Shown: in pieces, positions 59,078 through 64,000 of the stretch
How positions within the stretch are numbered: position 1 is the first letter of the stretch
Layout of the letters: each line of letters opens with the position of its first letter
Source of the DNA: an uncultured delta proteobacterium
GTDB taxonomy: Bacteria; Bdellovibrionota; FAC87; UBA2466
Reading direction: 5' to 3'
Assembly: GCA_963778115.1 (NCBI GenBank)
Contig: CAVZSV010000004.1
Span: forward strand, 2,240,001-2,304,000
Length of the DNA stretch: 64,000 nt
The notes under the pieces: model-generated
What the model was told of the DNA's origin: nothing
Seen by the model: only the letters and a program-made list of their open reading frames with translations
Databases searched by the model: none
Made by a program: the position numbers and the translations under genes

Positions 59078-60109
59078 TTATGGAGCCCCTTCGACGCGGT
59101 TTCGGCCGTAATCCTTGGCGAGATAAAGCGCTTGATCGGCGGCATGTACCAAAGCTTCCGCGGTCATTCCATTTTGCGGATAGCCTGCGACTCCAATGCT
59201 TACGGTGAGGTAGGCGTTCTCCGTCTGCCCTTGAAAGGCAGCAGCTTCGATAGAAGCGCGGAGCCTGCGACAGATCTCCATCCCGACGTCGATCGGCGTT
59301 TCCGGCATCATGAGCACGAACTCTTCACCGCCGTAACGGCAAAGCATGTCCGTCTTTCTCAAATTGGCGATGAAGGTCTGCGCAATCTTTCTTAAAGCTT
59401 CATCTCCGCAGATGTGCCCTTCCATGTCGTTGAACGATTTGAAATGGTCGACGTCTATCATGGCGACACTAATTGCATGTTTATAGCGTTTGGATCTTTC
59501 AAGCTCTTCCGTAAATCTAGCGAAAAAAGCACGTCGATTATGAATTTTGGTTAGCGGATCGGTCATCGCCAATTCGTTGAGCCGTTCATTGGCCGCGCGA
59601 AGTTCAGCGGTACGACTTTCCACCAGCTTCTCGAGTCGCTGGTTGAGTGCCAAGAGTTCCTGCTCCTTCTGGGTCAGATGTTGGGTTTTGACCCCAAGAT
59701 CGAGCAGTAACTTTTCATTATGAGCACGCAGCGCGTGATACTCAGTAGCCTGCCGCACGGTAAGTAGGAGCTCCGTGTTGTCCCACGGTTTAGTGACGTA
59801 ACGATAAATTTCCGCTCGATTAATAGCATCCAAAAGGTCTTTGGATTCGGTAAATGCGGTCAAAATAATCCGTGTCGTCAACGGGTGGTGAATGGCCATC
59901 TGAGCCAAGAGTTCAGTACCCGCCATTCCCGGCATCCGCTGATCGGAAATAATCACTGAAAATATCGACTGCTTAGCTTGTTCAAGGGCTTGCGCCGGGG
60001 TTTCGCAGGACGTCACTTCATAATAGCCACGAAGCGTGCGTTCCAAAGCACGCAAATTATCCGCTTCGTCATCAACGATCAAAATTCTGTGGCGTGAACT
60101 AGTTTCCAT
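59078..60109 (-). CDS. Response-regulator diguanylate cyclase (REC + GGEEF)
   Basis: ISDQRMPG; TDPLT, DVDHFK, RKTD I-site, RYGGEEF. Confidence 0.93.
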   Translation of the reverse strand: METSSRHRILIVDDEADNLRALERTLRGYYEVTSCETPAQALEQAKQSIFSVIISDQRMPGMAGTELLAQMAIHHPLTTRIILTAFTESKDLLDAINRAEIYRYVTKPWDNTELLLTVRQATEYHALRAHNEKLLLDLGVKTQHLTQKEQELLALNQRLEKLVESRTAELRAANERLNELAMTDPLTKIHNRRAFFARFTEELERSKRYKHAISVAMIDVDHFKSFNDMEGHICGDEALRKIAQTFIANLRKTDMLCRYGGEEFVLMMPETPIDVGMEICRRLRASIEAAAFQGQTENAYLTVSIGVAGYPQNGMTAEALVHAADQALYLAKDYGRNRVEGAP

Positions 60110-60307
60110 TGATTAGATTAAATAGATTGGGTGTGTCATATCCAATGATTCCGATCATGCAATCTAATTCCCTATCCGTAAAGCACTCCCTCACCCGGTT
60201 AAGGATATGTCTATTACCCCAAAAGTAGATAGGCACCTATAAGGGAATTGGAATAGAATAGACGAGTCCCGTAGCCTAGCCTTCGCCCACGTATTATAGG
60301 GAGTCAA

Positions 60308-61777
60308 ATGATCCGGTTTTTCATGGTTCTTGTATTAGTAATGGGTTTTCTGCCGGTGGTGTGGGCAGCAGACTCGGCAGACCCGGCGCTCAGTAAGCTC
60401 AAGAGAACGATAGACGGGGTCATCTCCCCTTCCAAATTGAAATATCTCGAAGCGGGAGTTTACGCTTACTCTCTCGACAAGAATCAGCCTCTCTACGAGT
60501 ACAATGCGGATCAAAAGTTAATTCCGGCGTCCGTGAATAAGGTATTCACCGCCTATACCGCACTAAAAAAACTAAAACCCAATGCCACTTTTAAGACCTA
60601 TCTCTATCGGACGGGAAGTATCAAAGAAGGCCGACTTCAAGGAGACCTCTATCTAAAAGGCGGGGGCGATCCCAGCTTTGTTTCGGAACGACTGTGGATG
60701 TTCGTGAATGAAATGATGAGGTCGGGAATTCGAACGGTGGGCGGCGATGTCTACGTGGACTCCTCTTTCTTTGATTCGGAAAACACCCCTCAGTCTCGTC
60801 CCAAGTATCTCAAAGACCAGGCTTATAACGCGCCGATAGGGGCTCTGTCGTTCAATTTTAATACCACGACCATCTACGTTCGCCCCGGCGAATCCCCCGG
60901 AGACCAACCCATCGTTTATACCGATCCACAAAACTCCTATATCGATGTTGTGAATCAGGCCAAAACAGGAAAAGCCGGCTCTTCGAACTCTATTACGGTA
61001 AGTCGAACCAGTTTTGTAAAGGGAGACATCGGAGACACCATTCTCTTACGGGGAAGCATTCCCTCGGATCAGAAGGAGCTTCGGTTTTATCGAAATATCG
61101 TCAACCCGGGACTTTATGCAGGGGCTATGTTCAAGACGTTTTGCGAGGACAGGGGAATAAAGATCGAAGGCAGTATCAAAGAAGCTTTAGTTCCTTCCAA
61201 CGCCAAACAAATTTTGGAATTTGAATCGCTTCCTCTTTGGCAAGTGGTGTGGGGAATGAATAAGTTTAGCAACAATTTCACAGCGGACATGATTATGAAA
61301 AAAGTCGGCGCCGATCTTTGGGGGCCGCCTGGAACTTTAGCCAAAGGGCTTTCGGCCATGGAAGATGCCCTGGAGGATATCGGTATTCCCCGTAAGTCTT
61401 ACAATATTGTGGATGGCAGCGGACTAACTCGCAACACACGAGTCACGGCACGACAAATTGTGACGGTCCTTAAGGCGGCCCAAAAAGATTTTTCTACTTC
61501 TCCCGAATTTGTGGCTTCGCTCGGAATTGGCGGTGAGGACGGAACGTTACGCAATCGCTTTCCCAGTATGGCGGGCCACCCTATGGTTCGCGCGAAAACG
61601 GGAACTTTAGACGGAGTGACAGCGCTTGCCGGTTTCGTCCAAAACGAAGATGGGGAGAGAATCGTTTTTGCCGTGTTGCTCAATGATCCCAAAGAAAAAT
61701 ACGGAAGAATGGCCGGCTGGGCAGATCAGATTGCAACCGCGCTTTCTCGTTTTTCGCGAACCAAAACGACAGACTGA
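60308..61777 (+). CDS. dacB: D-Ala-D-Ala carboxypeptidase/endopeptidase PBP4
   Basis: PASVNK (SxxK), SNN (SxN), AKTGTL (KTG), DGSGL. Confidence 0.93.
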   Translation: MIRFFMVLVLVMGFLPVVWAADSADPALSKLKRTIDGVISPSKLKYLEAGVYAYSLDKNQPLYEYNADQKLIPASVNKVFTAYTALKKLKPNATFKTYLYRTGSIKEGRLQGDLYLKGGGDPSFVSERLWMFVNEMMRSGIRTVGGDVYVDSSFFDSENTPQSRPKYLKDQAYNAPIGALSFNFNTTTIYVRPGESPGDQPIVYTDPQNSYIDVVNQAKTGKAGSSNSITVSRTSFVKGDIGDTILLRGSIPSDQKELRFYRNIVNPGLYAGAMFKTFCEDRGIKIEGSIKEALVPSNAKQILEFESLPLWQVVWGMNKFSNNFTADMIMKKVGADLWGPPGTLAKGLSAMEDALEDIGIPRKSYNIVDGSGLTRNTRVTARQIVTVLKAAQKDFSTSPEFVASLGIGGEDGTLRNRFPSMAGHPMVRAKTGTLDGVTALAGFVQNEDGERIVFAVLLNDPKEKYGRMAGWADQIATALSRFSRTKTTD

Positions 61778-61786
61778 CGAGGACAA

Positions 61787-63145
61787 ATGAAAACGGGTTG
61801 GGGATTTTGGTTAGGGTGTCTTATTGTATTTTGCACGCCCTCTTATGGGATTCTTCCTCTCCCTTATTCTCTCGACACCGTGGACGAGACGCCGCCTAGT
61901 TGGGCTGAAGGCTTTAGTCCAAGAGGGGTTCAAGCCTACAACGACCTTTATACCGCAAGTCAGCTTCGGGAAATGGAGCTTCCGAACTTCAATAACGGAA
62001 CTTCCGTTTTGGGTTACACTTCCGACACTTTTGCGGTTCCTCCCGAACTTAGAGAGAGGGTCGAATTTTGGAAAAAAATATACACTCAATACACGAGTAC
62101 TCAGGCGCTGTTACACGACGCTGAATATCCCAACGTGATCTATGAGGTCGTGGATATTTCGGATTTAGTGGGAGATGAATCCATTCCGTACCGCAAGCGG
62201 GTCCGATCCTTAGCTCGTTTTTTAAAAGCGAAAAAAGAAGTGATTCAAGCCCAGCTCAGGCAATTGCAAACGCTTTCGGCCAACCCAGTCGAAATTCCTG
62301 TCGATCTTTTTCCTCTCTTTAAGCAGTTTGAGTTCATTAAGGATCCGGACAAGTTTAAAGCGGCGGCGGGCAGAGTAAGAGCGCAGGTCGGCCAACGCGA
62401 TCGTATCGTACAGGGGTTTCTCTATGGCGGACGCTATTACACAAGAATGATGGATATCTTCGCTCACGAAAACCTCCCGAAAGAGTTAACCAGGCTGACG
62501 CTTGTCGAATCGGCATTTAACTTGGCGGCGCGATCTAAAGTGGGAGCTTCAGGAGTATGGCAATTCATGCGCTCCACGGGGAAACTTTACTTAACGATTA
62601 ATCGTTCCATCGATGAGAGAAATGATCCTTTGGCGGCAACGTGGGCCGCGGCCCAACTACTCAAAGGCAATTACCAGGCTTTGGGCTCCTGGCCCTTGGC
62701 GATTACCGCCTATAACCACGGCCGCGAAGGGATGGCGCGAGCGGTAAGAATATTAGCCACCAATGATCTTTCCGAGATTATCCACAATTACAAGGCGAGA
62801 ACCTTCGGTTTTGCCTCCTCGAATTTCTTTAGCGAGTTTTTAGCGGTATTGGAAGTAGAGCGAGAGTATCGAAAATATTTCGGGAAGCTTTTAGTTGACC
62901 CACCCATTCAGTTCGAAGAGTACACGGTTGGCGACAACGTCAAGATTGATACCGTAGCGGAAGCCTGCAAAGTAAAACGAGAGACGATTGTGGCATTGAA
63001 TCCCGCTTTTACCGATTGGGTCGTTTCCGGAAGAGGGCCTATTCCCAAAGGGTACTCGGTTAAAGTTCCGCCAGAAAGTTTAGGACAGTGTAAATCCAAT
63101 CTTGTGGGGAAGGACATTTCTTCGGCCTCCGCAACCAGGAGCTAA
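61787..63145 (+). CDS. MltD-like lytic transglycosylase with C-terminal LysM
   Basis: LVESAFN, GASGVWQFM, DERNDP, AYNHG; LysM-like IVALNP. Confidence 0.88.
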   Translation: MKTGWGFWLGCLIVFCTPSYGILPLPYSLDTVDETPPSWAEGFSPRGVQAYNDLYTASQLREMELPNFNNGTSVLGYTSDTFAVPPELRERVEFWKKIYTQYTSTQALLHDAEYPNVIYEVVDISDLVGDESIPYRKRVRSLARFLKAKKEVIQAQLRQLQTLSANPVEIPVDLFPLFKQFEFIKDPDKFKAAAGRVRAQVGQRDRIVQGFLYGGRYYTRMMDIFAHENLPKELTRLTLVESAFNLAARSKVGASGVWQFMRSTGKLYLTINRSIDERNDPLAATWAAAQLLKGNYQALGSWPLAITAYNHGREGMARAVRILATNDLSEIIHNYKARTFGFASSNFFSEFLAVLEVEREYRKYFGKLLVDPPIQFEEYTVGDNVKIDTVAEACKVKRETIVALNPAFTDWVVSGRGPIPKGYSVKVPPESLGQCKSNLVGKDISSASATRS

Positions 63146-63148
63146 CGC

Positions 63149-64000
63149 GTGGAATTTGGTCTTGAAGTTTTTCTAAAGAACTCCCGTAAATATAAGGGAA
63201 TGAGACTGGGGGTGGTATGTAACCAAGCCTCGGTGAATCGCGAACTGAAGCACGTCTCTGAGCTGGTGCTCGCCGCCAAGGGGCTGGAGGTCACCTGCTT
63301 TTTTGGACCCCAGCACGGGATCAGGGGCGAAAAACAGGACAATATGGTGGAATCGGATGATTTCATCGATCCTGTCTCCGGTCTTCCTGTTTATAGCCTG
63401 TATGGAACTTCGCGTGAGCCATCCGATACGTCGTTGTTAGCCTTGGACGGATTTCTGATCGACATGCAAGATGTCGGAACTCGCATCTACACTTTCATGT
63501 ATACGATGGCCAACTGCATGAAAGCGGCCAAGCGGCACGGCAAAAAAGTCATCGTCTTGGATAGGCCCAACCCGATCAATGGGATCCACACAGAGGGGAA
63601 TGTTTTGGATCCTAATTTTGCCTCATTCGTGGGGCAGTATCCTATTTCTACTCGTCATGGAATGACGATGGGGGAGTTGGCGCTGCTATTTAATGATGCC
63701 TTCGCAATTGGCTGCGACCTTACCGTAGTTTCGATGAAAGGCTACTCGCGAAAACAATATTGGGAAGACCTTAAGCGAGAATGGGTGGTCCCCTCTCCTA
63801 ATATTCCGACACCACTTTCAGCTTTAGTCTTTCCCGCGACGGTCGCCATTGAGGGAACGTTACTTTCCGAAGGCCGAGGGACAACGCATCCTTTCGAATG
63901 GGTCGGAGCTCCTTACATCAATCCAGACGCATTAGGAGCCGAGATGGCTCGGATGAAACTGCCCGGGGTATATTTTAGGCCTATTTTTTTCCAGCCGACT
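63149..64000 (+). CDS. namZ: DUF1343 / NamZ exo-beta-N-acetylmuramidase (partial, runs off window end)
   Basis: Manual translation from GTG 63149 (AGGAG RBS): GVVCNQAS, FGPQHGIRG, DMQDVGTRIYTF, LDRPNPING, RHGMTMGELA, PSPNIP, SEGRGTTHPFE. Confidence 0.9.
   Translation, partial: MEFGLEVFLKNSRKYKGMRLGVVCNQASVNRELKHVSELVLAAKGLEVTCFFGPQHGIRGEKQDNMVESDDFIDPVSGLPVYSLYGTSREPSDTSLLALDGFLIDMQDVGTRIYTFMYTMANCMKAAKRHGKKVIVLDRPNPINGIHTEGNVLDPNFASFVGQYPISTRHGMTMGELALLFNDAFAIGCDLTVVSMKGYSRKQYWEDLKREWVVPSPNIPTPLSALVFPATVAIEGTLLSEGRGTTHPFEWVGAPYINPDALGAEMARMKLPGVYFRPIFFQPT

Overview
Bacterial chromosomal window (about 50% GC). Gene order and content look deltaproteobacteria/Bdellovibrionota-like; this is an inference, not a classification. 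Most of it is housekeeping: ftsE-ftsX-envC, aceE, def, upp, iscS-mnmA-mtaB, ntrY-ntrX-ispG, proS, zapA-5FCL-ymdB-tyrS, rsmE, dacB-mltD-like-namZ, tRNA-Cys(GCA) and tRNA-Arg(CCG), interspersed with many lineage-specific secreted proteins. The notable part is an accessory region of about 9.3 kb (16.4-25.7 kb) lying UPSTREAM of tRNA-Arg(CCG). It is cut into modules by repeated copies of the tRNA 5' half. Two internal copies sit inside conserved att-like sites with 11-bp-periodic GTTCCCA arm-type repeats and an IHF-like box. The modules carry (i) a broken DUF4160/DUF2442 toxin-antitoxin pair plus gene relics, (ii) a single 1063-aa HEAT-repeat lipoprotein gene with no integrase, and (iii) an XRE-HTH-PP2C phosphatase / anti-sigma-kinase-like / STAS partner-switching triad, an orphan gene, a small-terminase-like gene and an N-terminally truncated tyrosine integrase. 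This looks like a tRNA-anchored tandem cassette array. All calls come from reading motifs by eye; no database searches were run.
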